From the NCBI RefSeq assembly GCF_000281045.1, contig NW_008246138.1, forward strand, positions 160,734-224,733: a stretch of 64,000 nucleotides of DNA, given 5' to 3'. This document shows, piece after piece, positions 1-10,674 of this stretch; position 1 is the stretch's first letter; each line of letters starts with the position of its first letter. Made by a program: the position numbers and the translations under genes. The stretch comes from Saprolegnia diclina VS20 (lineage: Eukaryota). The notes beneath the pieces were generated by a model that saw only the letters and a program-made list of their open reading frames with translations, made no database searches and was not told the origin of the DNA.

Positions 1-469
1 CGAGGGCCACTTTTACCCAGACGTACGATTCTGCCATGTCATCAACCATGGATTCACGATGCGCGTAGCTCGACGCGTTCTGCGACATGGCCGCCGACGA
101 AGGCAAGATTGTCATCGGTAATACCTACACGATCCACGTACTGGCTGCACCGTGATGCGACTCGGTGATCTAGTCGCGGCGCTGGATGGCACGTTTGAGC
201 GCAAGCCGTTCCCGCAAGTCTGCGGCCTCGTTCCGCAGGCCGAAAGCGTTACCAAGCTCAGCGCCGTGTGCGCCGTCTGTGGCACGGACGCTGCCTTCAC
301 GCGTCGCCTCGTCAACAGCACGGCGATCGAGGTACTGCTTGATCACGCCCGTAGCTGAGGCCTCACACTTGTGTCGCAGCTCGTCGGCGGCAGCGAGATG
401 TACCAACCCGTGTGCCGTGCGTGCTTTACGCTGCCACAGAAAGCCGAGGACGGCGCCGAATCGTCGTAA
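1..469 (+). CDS. TK1: Thymidine kinase (TK1 family), 5'-truncated by the window edge, 3 introns visible
   Basis: Spliced reading EGHFYPD|LDAFCDMAADEGKIVI|VAALDGTFERKPF...KLSAVCAVCGTDAAFTRR...|LVGGSEMYQPVCRAC...*. Contains the TK1 VAALDG.F.RKPF motif and the zinc lasso (CxxC...Y.PVCR.C). TAA at 467-469. Confidence 0.93.
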
Positions 470-511
470 GTATTGTATGGTTGTCCACAAATTACTAAGG
501 AGAATATCATT

Positions 512-1703
512 CTACTTGAACATCGCAGCGAGCGACGCATGCAGCGACGTCGGGACATCGCTCATCCAGCCGCCGCAGATCATGAGGCAGATCGAGTCGA
601 TCTTGTCGAAGTCCTCGCCCAGGATCGTCGCCAACTGGCCGTTGTACAGCGGAGCCAACTACGCATGCACATGTTGCAGTAGATGGATTGATGGAAGGTG
701 TACCGTGGCGCCGCACGCAGGCTCGACGAGGAACTTGTGGTCGCTTGCAAAGCGGAGGCAAGCAGCGACAGCGTCGTCGTCGCTGACGCTGCTCGCGTGG
801 ACGCCAAGCTTTTGCGCGTACGCAAACGCGGTCTCTGAGACGGCGGACGCGCCGAGCGACCGCGCCAGCGTGTTGATGCTGCTGAGCGTTACGCGCGAGT
901 TCGATGCCACAGATTGCTGCATCTTGTTGGCGCCGTGCGTCTCCATGGTGAGCACCTTTGTGGCGCTCCACCCGTACCTAGCGCTCAGAGCAATAAGACA
1001 CCAGCGTACAACGTTCATGCGTACGTTTCCAGGCCCTGGCAAATGCCAGAGAAATACCCGCCACCGCCGACAGCGACGACGACAAGATCGGGCTGCGGCA
1101 TTTGCTGCTTGAGTTCGGCGATCACGCTCGAGTTCCCGTCGCTACGGACAAAAGCATAAGACGACGCTTGCCGTAGAGTTTGAGACGAACACAATGTCGG
1201 GGTGGTCGAACGGCGGGATGTAAGCAACGGTACCTGCCTCCTTGGTGGCCATGAAAGCGGTGGCAGCTTCGTGCGCTTCAAGCCACACCTGCAGTAGTAG
1301 GTGAGTCGCTGCCACGCGCGCTAGAATTGCACCTTGCCCGCGACCTTGACGGTCACACCTTCGACTTCCAGGCGGGCCCGCATGTACGCTGGCGTTGACT
1401 CGGGCACAAAGACCGTCGCAGGCACGCCGAGCTTTTGCGCACTGCAAGCAACAGCGAGACCTGCGTTGCCGCCTGAGCTCGCGATCAAGTGCGTGGCCCC
1501 CCGTTCGACGGCGCGCTGGCACTACACACACAGTGAGTGAGCGTTTTCATGCACGTGCGAGGGCTGTATACCGCGAGGCCGACGCCGCGGAGCTTGAAGC
1601 TGCCCGAGGGCTGGCAGTTGTCGAGCTTGAGGAAGACCTTCTTCTTCGCGAGGTGGCTGAGCACGCGGCTCTCAATCACAGGCGTCACGACGTGCAAGGC
1701 CAT
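512..1703 (-). CDS. L-serine/threonine dehydratase (PLP-dependent, SDS-like), multi-exon
   Basis: Motifs FLKLDNCQPSGSFKLRG (PLP lysine), SSGGNAG, YIPPFDHP, VAVGGGG and LVEPACGA, spread over exons separated by short GT-AG introns. Confidence 0.92.
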
Positions 1704-2124
1704 GGCGGTCGTCGCGCTTGAGGTAAATTTCGGTTGTGATCCCAAGGATTGCAAACTCTGGTGTGGGCAGTGGGATCTTCTGTGAGTGGCCAAAATACAT
1801 ACGAAGCAGCGTGCTCATTGGAAGAAATTGACGGCGGACTGCAAGGTGGGCTTCACCGCAAGCTTCAAGGAGTGATCGCGCCATCACGCCCTCTACGCTA
1901 TCGTGGCCATCGGCAATGGACACGTTGCCGCCTTCGCGCTTGGCAAGTGATGTTCAACCGCATCAAACGAGCGTACAAGACGCCCATTGGATAAAACAAA
2001 TGCATGGGCGTCTCGGACTGGCTGATTTTATCGCGATGGGATTGGACAAAATACCGCACTTGCGGCGGAATGATTGGTTCGGGAGATGAATATTCCAAGT
2101 CGTGCATTATCGCGAGCAGCAAGC

Positions 2125-2592
2125 ATGGCCCAACGTCGCCTTCTCCCCCTCGGTACGCAGCGAGGCGCCGAGCTGCGCGGATACGTACCACGTGAGCTCA
2201 TGGTGCTTGCGTAGAACTCATCGACAAATGCATCGGCTCGCGCATGTGGATCATCATGAAGGGCGACAAGGAGTTTGTCGGGACGCTGCGCGGGTTTGAC
2301 GACTACGTCAGTACGTTTGCTTCCGTTGGTCTCCATCGCCAGTGTTAACGTCCGTTTAGACATGGTCCTTGACGACGTGACAGAATAGTATGTGACTGCG
2401 GATCCTCTCGGAGGCTAACGTTCTTGTGCAGCGAGGTGACGCCCGAAGGCAAGCGGAAGGTCCACGTCGACCAAGTGCTTTTGAACGGCAACAACGTTTG
2501 CCTCGTACACGCCGCCCAATATCTGCTACGCTCACAACGTGCCTTTGTAGCTTGTGCCGGGTGGCTCCCCCGAAGGCGACGAAGAGCAGTAA
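2125..2592 (+). CDS. LSM5: U6 snRNA-associated Sm-like protein LSm5, 4 introns
   Basis: Spliced: [83 protein letters not shown]...*, matching the LSm5 consensus. Confidence 0.95.
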
Positions 2593-2989
2593 ATCCTCAT
2601 AACGCCTTTACTCCTCTCAGGAGATGATTTCCTGCCGCTTCTCATGCTGTTCGAGCTCTACTCGCAACTAGGAATCGAACGCAGGCTAGTACATACCCAA
2701 CCAAGCGCAATGCATTTCAGTCGAATGCGTCTGATTGCATCTAGGCGCTCAGATAAGCGTGCTAGGCTGCACGTCAGGATGAAGGGAGATGCAGCTGCGC
2801 AACTTGGATCACTTCTGTGGTCATGGGCGTCCGACCTGTGGCGAATGCTGGACCACAATGGGCTGCATACCAGGGTGATGTCGTGGCGACGCGTAGCACT
2901 TCTCTGGCGGCAGCGCATTGAACTAGAGAATACGGCAAACAAGGTCTTGTTTGCTTGTTCTATCTATCAAACACACTGCGGTAGGCCTT

Positions 2990-3367
2990 TTACTTCTTGG
3001 ACTTGGACGCATTCTTCTCCTTGATCGCACGGCGGTACGACAGCTTGATCAATCGCCGCTTGTCCTCCATCGACTCCAAGTTCTCATAGCCCTTGCGCTC
3101 GAGCTCACCGAGCGTCGGCTTGGGCTCGAGGAGCGTGAAGAGCCATTCAGGGTACTCTTCCCGGGGCTTGAGCTCGGGGTGCGCGCCATCCTTGAGGATG
3201 TTGACGGGGGCGTACTTGGTGATATCGACGGCCTCCTCAAGCACCTTGGGGCCGCCCTTCTTGTCCTTGGCCTTGGCAGGGGCCTTGGCGGGGGCGGCGA
3301 AGCTGCGGACCGCCACGGACGCGCGGGCGACTTGGGCACGGACGACGCTCTGGCGCAGGGCAAACAT
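2990..3367 (-). CDS. Mitochondrial ribosomal protein mL54 (L37 family)
   Basis: Arg/Ala/Ser-rich presequence, then NILKDGAHPELKPREEYPEWLFTLL and RRAIKEKN, typical of mL54. Confidence 0.85.
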   Translation of the reverse strand: MFALRQSVVRAQVARASVAVRSFAAPAKAPAKAKDKKGGPKVLEEAVDITKYAPVNILKDGAHPELKPREEYPEWLFTLLEPKPTLGELERKGYENLESMEDKRRLIKLSYRRAIKEKNASKSKK

Positions 3368-4331
3368 CGGTCGACCCAGTGATTCCGAAATGGCTTTCGC
3401 CACCAATGGCACCACTCACAATTTCAACCAATCACAGTCAAGGAATCGGAATTATCCGGAATCCGCGCCATCTTGCGATCTTCATCGCGGCAACCATGCA
3501 CCGGCACGCGAGGGCCCGGTGAACTGCACCCGCGTAGCACGAGCAGCGCTTCCTCATGCCCTGGACTCTCCGATGCACGGAGCGTCTCTCGATCAGCACA
3601 GCGAGACACACCGTCATGCCATCGACTACACAAAGCTAGTACGTGGAGACAGCATTCGTAGTCGAGACGTTGATGGACTGATATGGCACTGTCCTTGTCG
3701 GCTTGCCACTTTGAAAAGCGAATGACCCAACCCATGGAAATACCAGTTGCCGCGACGCGGGAGGTCAACACGGAGCATGTTGGATCGAATAGCAGAGCCA
3801 AAAGGGTAAACGGACTTCAACTCCCGTTTCGTCTGCGAGAATGGTTCGTTTCTCTTCAAGAGTCGTCGTCGTAATCATGCTAAAAACAGCTCGCTGCAAT
3901 TGCAGTCTCGCGAAGCATCGGTGTTCCACGTGACGCGCCACGTAAGCAGAAAAAAGGCTCCAACAACGAAGCAAAAATTAGCCCGTGACGTGGAACAGCG
4001 TCATCGTCCTCACGGATACGCCGATTTCGCGTCGATTTGGAGTGCAAAATGTTGTCTATTATGGTCACCAAGCCGGACCGCAAACAACTTTAGCGCGTTT
4101 AACGTCCCCATGGACTTCTCATTACCGTCTCGGTTCCGTCGTTGTCCCTCCGCCGCTCGCTTCGCGATACGCCTGCTGATTGGTCTCTATTCCGACATCC
4201 CGAAACGCCGCGAAAATCCACGTCACGTAAGCGCGTTAGCTGGCCAATCAGAAGCCGGTAAAATAGCTGGCCAATGCCGCATGTCCCAGCCGGCACGGTG
4301 GTTTTTCTGAAGCGCCGCGAAGATCTCAAAA

Positions 4332-5918
4332 ATGCACCGCCTCCTCACGCGGCAGACACGAATTTTCCAAGCGCGGACGACTTCGACCATGAGCAACTTC
4401 GACTACGACTTCGTGGTCATCGGCGGCGGCAGCGGCGGCATGGCGGCCGCCAAGGAGGCCGCTCGCCTCGGCGCCAAGGTCGCGCTCTTTGACTTTGTCA
4501 AGCCGACAGTCCACGGCACCAAGTGGGGCCTCGGCGGCACGTGCGTCAACGTGGGCTGCGTGCCCAAGAAGATCATGCACTACAGTGGCATCCTCGGCGC
4601 TGGCCTCCACGACGCCGCGCACCTGGGCTGGCAGCTGCCCGAGAAGGTCGAGCACAACTGGGAGACGCTCGTCGAAACGGTCCAGGCGCACGTCAAGAAG
4701 CTCAACTTTTCGTACCGTGTCGGCCTGCGCTCCAACAAGGTCCAGTACATCAACGCGCTCGCGCGCTTTGAGGACCCGCACACGCTCTCGTACCAGATCA
4801 AGAACGGCCCGACGCAGACGCTGACGGCGGCGCACATCCTCATCGCGACGGGCGGCCGCCCCACGGTCCCCAAGGAGATTCCGGGTGTCGGCGAGTACGC
4901 CATCACGAGCGACGACCTCTTCTCGCTCACGACGGCGCCCGGCAAGACGCTCGTTGTCGGTGGCTCGTACATTGCGCTTGAGTGCGCTGGCTTCCTCAAC
5001 GAACTCCACTACCCGACGACGGTCGCAGTCCGCTCGATCCTCCTCCGCGGGTTTGATCGCCAGGTTGCGGCCAAGATCCAGGACATCATGGTCGCGCAGG
5101 GCATGGACTTCCGCTTCAACACGCTCCCGACGTCGATCGTCAAGGACGACGCCACGGGCCAGCTCCACGTCTCGTTCGCCAACTCGGAAACCAACGAAAC
5201 GTTCACGGAAGTCTTCGACACGGTGCTCTACGCGGTCGGGCGCACGGCCGATACGTTCAACATTGGTCTCGAGAAGGTCGGCGTCAAGGCGCTCCCGAAC
5301 GGCAAGTTTGAGACGGTCAACGAAGCCACGAACGTGCCGCACATCCACGCCGTCGGCGACGTGCTCCAGGGCAAGCCTGAGCTCACGCCCGTGGCCATTC
5401 GCGCCGGCGAGCACCTCGTGCGCCGCCTCTTCAAGCCCAACTACACCAAGACGATGAACTACGATCTGATCCCGACGACGGTGTTTACGCCGGTCGAGTA
5501 CGGCACGATCGGCCTGAGCGAGGAAGAGGCGATTGCGCGCTACGGCAAGGACGACGTTGTGGTCTACCCGTGGGAGTTCCAGACGCTCGAGTGGGGCGCC
5601 GTCCACCGCCAGAAGGCCGAGTCGGCGCAGGAGGGCGACTACGACACGGAGTTTCCCGCCAACTGCCTCAGCAAGCTCGTGTGTCAAAAGAGCGCGAACG
5701 AGAAGGTGCTTGGCTTCCACTTTGTCGGCCCCAACGCCGGCGAGGTGACGCAGGGCTTTGCGGTCGCCGTGACCATGGGCGCGACGAAAGAAGACTTTGA
5801 CAACGTCATTGGCATCCACCCGACCGACGCCGAGTCGTTCATGGCGCTCACCGTCACGAAGGAGTCGGGCGCGAGCTGGGTCGCGACCGGCGGCTGCGGT
5901 GGCGGCGTCTGCGGCTAA
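4332..5918 (+). CDS. High-molecular-weight thioredoxin reductase (pyridine nucleotide-disulfide oxidoreductase), intronless
   Basis: GGGSGG FAD motif, GGTCVNVGCVPKK redox centre, GGSYIALECAG NADPH site, GIHPT, and a C-terminal GCGGGVCG* extension. Confidence 0.95.
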   Translation: MHRLLTRQTRIFQARTTSTMSNFDYDFVVIGGGSGGMAAAKEAARLGAKVALFDFVKPTVHGTKWGLGGTCVNVGCVPKKIMHYSGILGAGLHDAAHLGWQLPEKVEHNWETLVETVQAHVKKLNFSYRVGLRSNKVQYINALARFEDPHTLSYQIKNGPTQTLTAAHILIATGGRPTVPKEIPGVGEYAITSDDLFSLTTAPGKTLVVGGSYIALECAGFLNELHYPTTVAVRSILLRGFDRQVAAKIQDIMVAQGMDFRFNTLPTSIVKDDATGQLHVSFANSETNETFTEVFDTVLYAVGRTADTFNIGLEKVGVKALPNGKFETVNEATNVPHIHAVGDVLQGKPELTPVAIRAGEHLVRRLFKPNYTKTMNYDLIPTTVFTPVEYGTIGLSEEEAIARYGKDDVVVYPWEFQTLEWGAVHRQKAESAQEGDYDTEFPANCLSKLVCQKSANEKVLGFHFVGPNAGEVTQGFAVAVTMGATKEDFDNVIGIHPTDAESFMALTVTKESGASWVATGGCGGGVCG

Positions 5919-5988
5919 AGCAGATTCTGCGGAGTGTACAAGAAGAAGAATTACTAATCGACAAATGCATTTTTGAATATCCAAGCAC

Positions 5989-7271
5989 TTACAACTCGTC
6001 TTTTGCCGGCGCGAAGAGCTTGTCCCACGCCGCGGGCGAGCCGCCGGCCACGTTGATGAAGAACCCGCGGATAGCGTCGCGGCGCTCCTGGGTTCCGCCG
6101 TGAGTGGCAACGATCTCGGCGAGGAAGGCTTCGCTACGCATGGTCACATTGGTGCTGAGCAAGGAGACAAGTAGGGTACCGGCGGCTCTTTTTGGACGGC
6201 CACTTGGAGAGTTCTTGGAGGAACCGAATGGCCACCCACGCTTCAGCGACCGTTGGGTCTGTCTCGAGGTGCAGCACCTCCTGGAGGCGCAGCTGGAGGC
6301 GGCTGCTCGTCGCATGCGACACCATGATCGTCGGGATCGTGATGTTGTACGCTTGCCACGGCGCCTCGACCGACGGCGACGCGAGCGGCGCGTCTTCGCG
6401 CTGAGCGACAATGACAGCGGTAGCACCCGCGACCTGGGCTGCCGAGACCTACACAACGCCGTCAGATACAAACGCGAGGGCCTTCCTCGACCTTGGCCAA
6501 TATGGTGCAGTTGCCGCCGAGTGCCACGAGCACGGCGTGGCCAGCAACGTCGGCGCTCATCGGTTCACAGGCGTGCGCAGGCGATGCAACGGCCAGCTGC
6601 AGTGGGTGTCTGACCAGCGGACCGCCAAAGGTGGCGGCCAAAAAGTCAAACTTGGTGCCGTCCGCATAGGCCATGACGCCGCTGCCCACAAGGCGCATAA
6701 ACTCCGCGTCGCTGGTGGTCTCGGGGTGGCAGACCGAGTTCTCGCACGCCATGGGCACGAGCTTCCCAAACAATGCCTGGCGCGCCGCCGCCGCGCGAAA
6801 GAGGTCGCCTACGCAGCATCATCTCTGAGGCAAACGCATCGTTTAGGTCGACGTTGTACCTGCACTGTGGCGCACCATGACCGTCGGGATCGTGATTTCA
6901 CCGGCCGGCACGTGGGCGACCGGCCGGACGCTCTCTTCATCCGTGCTGATGAGGATGACGCCGGCGGCGCCCGCCGCCTGGGCGTGCATGGACTTGATGT
7001 CGAAGGTGCAGCTGCCGCGGTCCAGGACGACGTATGTTTCGCCCACCGAGCCGTTCTGGATGAGCCACTGGTCGTCCTCGTTGAACGGCGTGCAGCCGAG
7101 TGCGTTGGTGGGGAAGACGAGCTGGAGTTCGTCGGTCGGGACCGCGCCGCCGTACGTGTCCTTGAAGTACTGGATCGGCGCCATGCCATCGCGCAAGTAG
7201 ATGCGACCCCAGAACGACGACGCCGACACAAGCGACGCGAGCGCGAGACTGCCGAGCAACCGTTGCGCCAT
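5989..7271 (-). CDS. Secretory-pathway protein with two tandem PA (protease-associated) domains and C-terminal KDEL
   Basis: Signal peptide MAQRLLGSLALASLVSA; PA motifs VLDRGSCTFDIKSMHAQAAGAAGVIL...ITIPTVMV and LVALGGNCTILAK...AQVAGATAVIV...ITIPTIMV; ends PAKDEL*. About 3 introns. Confidence 0.8.
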
Positions 7272-7364
7272 GCTGCCAGTCGAGGAATGGCCTTCGAAAA
7301 ATCGAGCCTTGGATTTCGAACGTCGAAAGATCGCAAAACCTCAGAAAGTAGGACAAAAGAAAAC

Positions 7365-10300
7365 TCAATAAATAATCGAAGACAGGCAGTCGCCAATGCA
7401 GCGGGAAGAGACGGTGTCGGCGTCGAGGGTCGTGCAGCGGCTGCAGAGCGCACGGCTGCAAACGGCGCAGGCGCCGAGACACGACGGGCAGAGCGCCGAG
7501 TCGCACTGCGCACACGCGACAATGGCCGACGTGCGACACGGCGTCGCGCAGCCCTTGCACACGCCATAGACGTTGACGGCGTGCTCCAAAATAAAGTCAA
7601 GCACGTGCGCGGTGCTTGGCACGGACGTCGCCTTGAGCGAGCGTGTCGCTGTGCCATACTGAACCCAATCCAAGATGGTCGTACCAACGCTCGCATCGAG
7701 GTCGGCAACCACCGCGGGGAGCTCCAAGTGGTAGTGAACGAGCGCGTTGGTGAGCTGCATCTGGCGCTCGTACGCACTGGACTCGATGACATGCTTGGTC
7801 ACGGCCGCGATCGAGTCGAGAGAGGTGTCCTCGCTAAGCATGACAGAGCCGCAGCGCACATAAGCCGAAAAGAGCCAAGAGGCGTGGACGTTGATGGACG
7901 ACGTCCACGGCGGGATACCAGCAGCTCGCCACGCCGACTCGAGCGCATCTTGACGTCGTGACGCGTTGCAGTGCATGTCGATGAGAACGTCGACGAGCTG
8001 GTCCATCGTCGTGACCTCGACGCCGCAGTAGCACGGCAGACCGTTTTGGAGGTAGACGAGCTTGAGCTCCAAGGTGCTGTACGCCAGAAGGGGCCATTGG
8101 CGCTGGACGAGGGCAGCATGCAACGCCTTGAAGCGCGTTTCCTGCCGAACGTGCTTGTTGACGTGGGCCTCGACGACGGTAACCACGTTCTTCCATGTGT
8201 TGGTGAAGCAGCTCGCTTCGACGCGGAGGCGCGTCTCGTTGCAAATGAGGACAAACTTGGCGCCGAGCGCGGGCGGAACCTTGGGTCCGAGCTGTGCGTT
8301 CTGGAGGCAGACGCGAAGGATCTCGCGCACGACCACGTTGTGGTGCGTGGGGCACTTGTAGAGAAAGATCAAGTACAAGATGAGCTTCTTCGCACTGCGC
8401 GAATGCCACCCCTCGATCCAAACCGACCCGGTATGGATGAACTCGCGCACAAGTGCGTCGCCGAGCGTCACAAAGCACTCGTGGTACATGCGCATAGAGA
8501 GGCCGAGCGCCTCCACGGCCTTCCAGAGAAGCACTTCGTGCTGAATGTTGGCGAACGTCCGCTTCGCGACGTCGTCGAGGTTGCCGCCGCCTTGCTCGAT
8601 GAACTCGTTGGCGACCCGGAACACCGAGACGTGGTACGCGCTGCTGTCCATGTCGAGGTATCCGGCCATGCCCGTGACGGCGTTGCCCATCGCCTGGAGC
8701 GCGCCACGAAGCTTTCGGCGCCGGTCGGCAACATCGCTGGACTGTTTCCAGAGCGCCTGTGCAAACGCCTTGACGTCGCTAAAGAACGAGCGGTTGAGCA
8801 TGACGTAGCCGTGCTGAATGAAGCGCTGCACGCTCGCAGTTTGCATCTCCTTCGAGTCGAACGTCAAGGACGGCAGCGCCGCAAGAAGCTCGGACGTCCG
8901 CGTACTTTCGTCGAGCACTTGGCGGAGCATGCTCTCGACGGACTTGGACGTGAGGCCGCGTTCCGCAATGCAGTTGGCGAGGAAGCCCTTCTCGATCCCG
9001 ATAGCGGACATGGAGATCTTGCGGTGGTCGAGCCACTGCACGATCTTGGCCTCGTACTGGCCTTGCCGGCGCATGATGCTCATGTAGTGATCGACCACGC
9101 TCTGCGCTGCGACGTGCACTTCGCCAAAGAAGCGGACGACGCCGTCGAGCACATACGCGTGAAGCGGCCGAATGCTGAAAATGGTCGAGATCATCGTGCC
9201 CTCGTCAGTCGTGTGCATGCGGTTTGGAAACATGTAGTCGAGAACGTCTTGGAGGCGCTTGGCGCGGGCGTCCACGACAGAAGCCACTTGCGCAGCGGTA
9301 TTGATGTACTGGCCAAATCCGATCTTGAGCTCGCCTTGCTCGATGAAGCTCGTCATCGTGTCGCCAAAGACCGAGACGCACGCATCGTGCGGCAGGCCAC
9401 GCTGGTCGAGAAGTGCGTTGAGCTCTTCCTTGCGCAGCGCCTCGGCTGCCGCCTTGGAAAACGCCTTTGCCGGGGTCAAGTTCACGTCCGTGGAGACCGC
9501 GTAGTCGATGACCCACTGCAATGTCGGGTCAAACTGCGTCGACTGTCCCATTTGTTGCATGTGTTTTCGGAGCGCGTCCAATCGAAGCGCCTCGCGCGTC
9601 GACTGCTCGGGAACCCGAAGAATGTGGCCCGTGATGCATCGCACGACCGTCTTCAACGAGTTCTTACTCTTGGGCTGCGTGATAAAGTCGGCGTACGTCG
9701 TGCAAAAATCGGGCGAGACGCTGCTCATCGAGACGCCTTCGTCCGCGAGCGCGAGCTCGACCTGGCGCCCGCGAAACTCCTTGATCGCTTGGCGCTTCTC
9801 CCAGCGGATGATCTTCTTGTCTTGGATCTTCTTGAGGCCGCCGTGCCCACCATGCTTGCGGAGCGCGCAGTACAATGCTTCCGACTCCAAAAAGAGTTTC
9901 ATGCGACCTACACACGTGGTTCCATGCGTTCGAAAATGCAGATTGTTGAAGTACCACGGAGAATGAACTGCAACGGCGCGAGGTCGGCGTCGTTGAGCGA
10001 GAACTGCTCCTTGGCGTACGTCTTGCTGATCAACACGCTCTTGATGGCATGCTTACGGTGGTCGTCGCAGAGGTTGATGAACTGCCATGGCCGGATCGCA
10101 GGGCTGCCCTCCATGAGGCACACGCAGCAGCGCTTCTCCATCGCGCAGTAGAAGCGCTTGAGATACTCGCGCCAGCATGCTGCATCCATGTTGAACTCAA
10201 TGCCAAGGTAGCGCGTGAACAAGGTCTTCCATTGCGCGTCGAGGAAGCCTCGGAGCGACCGGCAGGTCGATGAGAGACGCTGGATCGACCGCCCATCGAG

Positions 10301-10396
10301 GCAGCGATAGACGTCCATGAGGGTTTCCTCGGCGAGGCCGATGAGCATGGCGCTTCCTCGGCCGCAGCGGCGCTTCACGGGGCGTGGGTCCATCAT
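7365..10396 (-). CDS. F-box protein with XPA-like zinc/DNA-binding module, ~10 helical repeats and C-terminal Cys-rich zinc-finger cluster
   Basis: F-box-like LIGLAEETLMDVYRCLDGRSIQRLSSTCRSLR; CCVC...LCDDH then ISKTYAKEQFSLNDADL..L...|.RMKLFLESE...HGG; one in-phase intron at about 9908-9954; C-terminal CxxC array. Confidence 0.75.
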
Positions 10397-10674
10397 CTTC
10401 GTCCTGTGCTCGGCCGATCGAATTGGGCAATGGGCCCGTTTCGGGACGAGCGCCAAGTCGTTCTCGCGCACTTTTCGTGAAACCCCCACTTTCCTGCGAT
10501 CTCATTGGCTGATAACCGGACGATCTTTGGTCGTCCGGATACCAAAAGACCTTGAAGTTGCGTTCAAGTCGCGCCACGGGCGAGATGGTCCTGCGCCAGT
10601 CTTATGACTCTTAGAGCCAAATTACAATGGGTAGTCTAGTGTTATGTATCAGCTTGAGCAACAGAAGGAACGGT

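Noticed and set aside
2644..3024. 126-aa plus-strand ORF between LSM5 and mL54
   Set aside because: No codon bias or motif; lies in convergent 3' regions.
5910..5990. Selenocysteine recoding or SECIS at the TrxR C-terminus
   Set aside because: The stop is TAA, both redox residues are Cys codons, and the gap to the next gene is only about 70 nt.
4326..6110. 594-aa minus-strand ORF opposite thioredoxin reductase
   Set aside because: Antisense shadow of a GC3-rich gene; no recognisable motifs.
7971..10151. 726-aa plus-strand ORF
   Set aside because: Antisense to the F-box/XPA-like gene; composition typical of a reverse-frame shadow.
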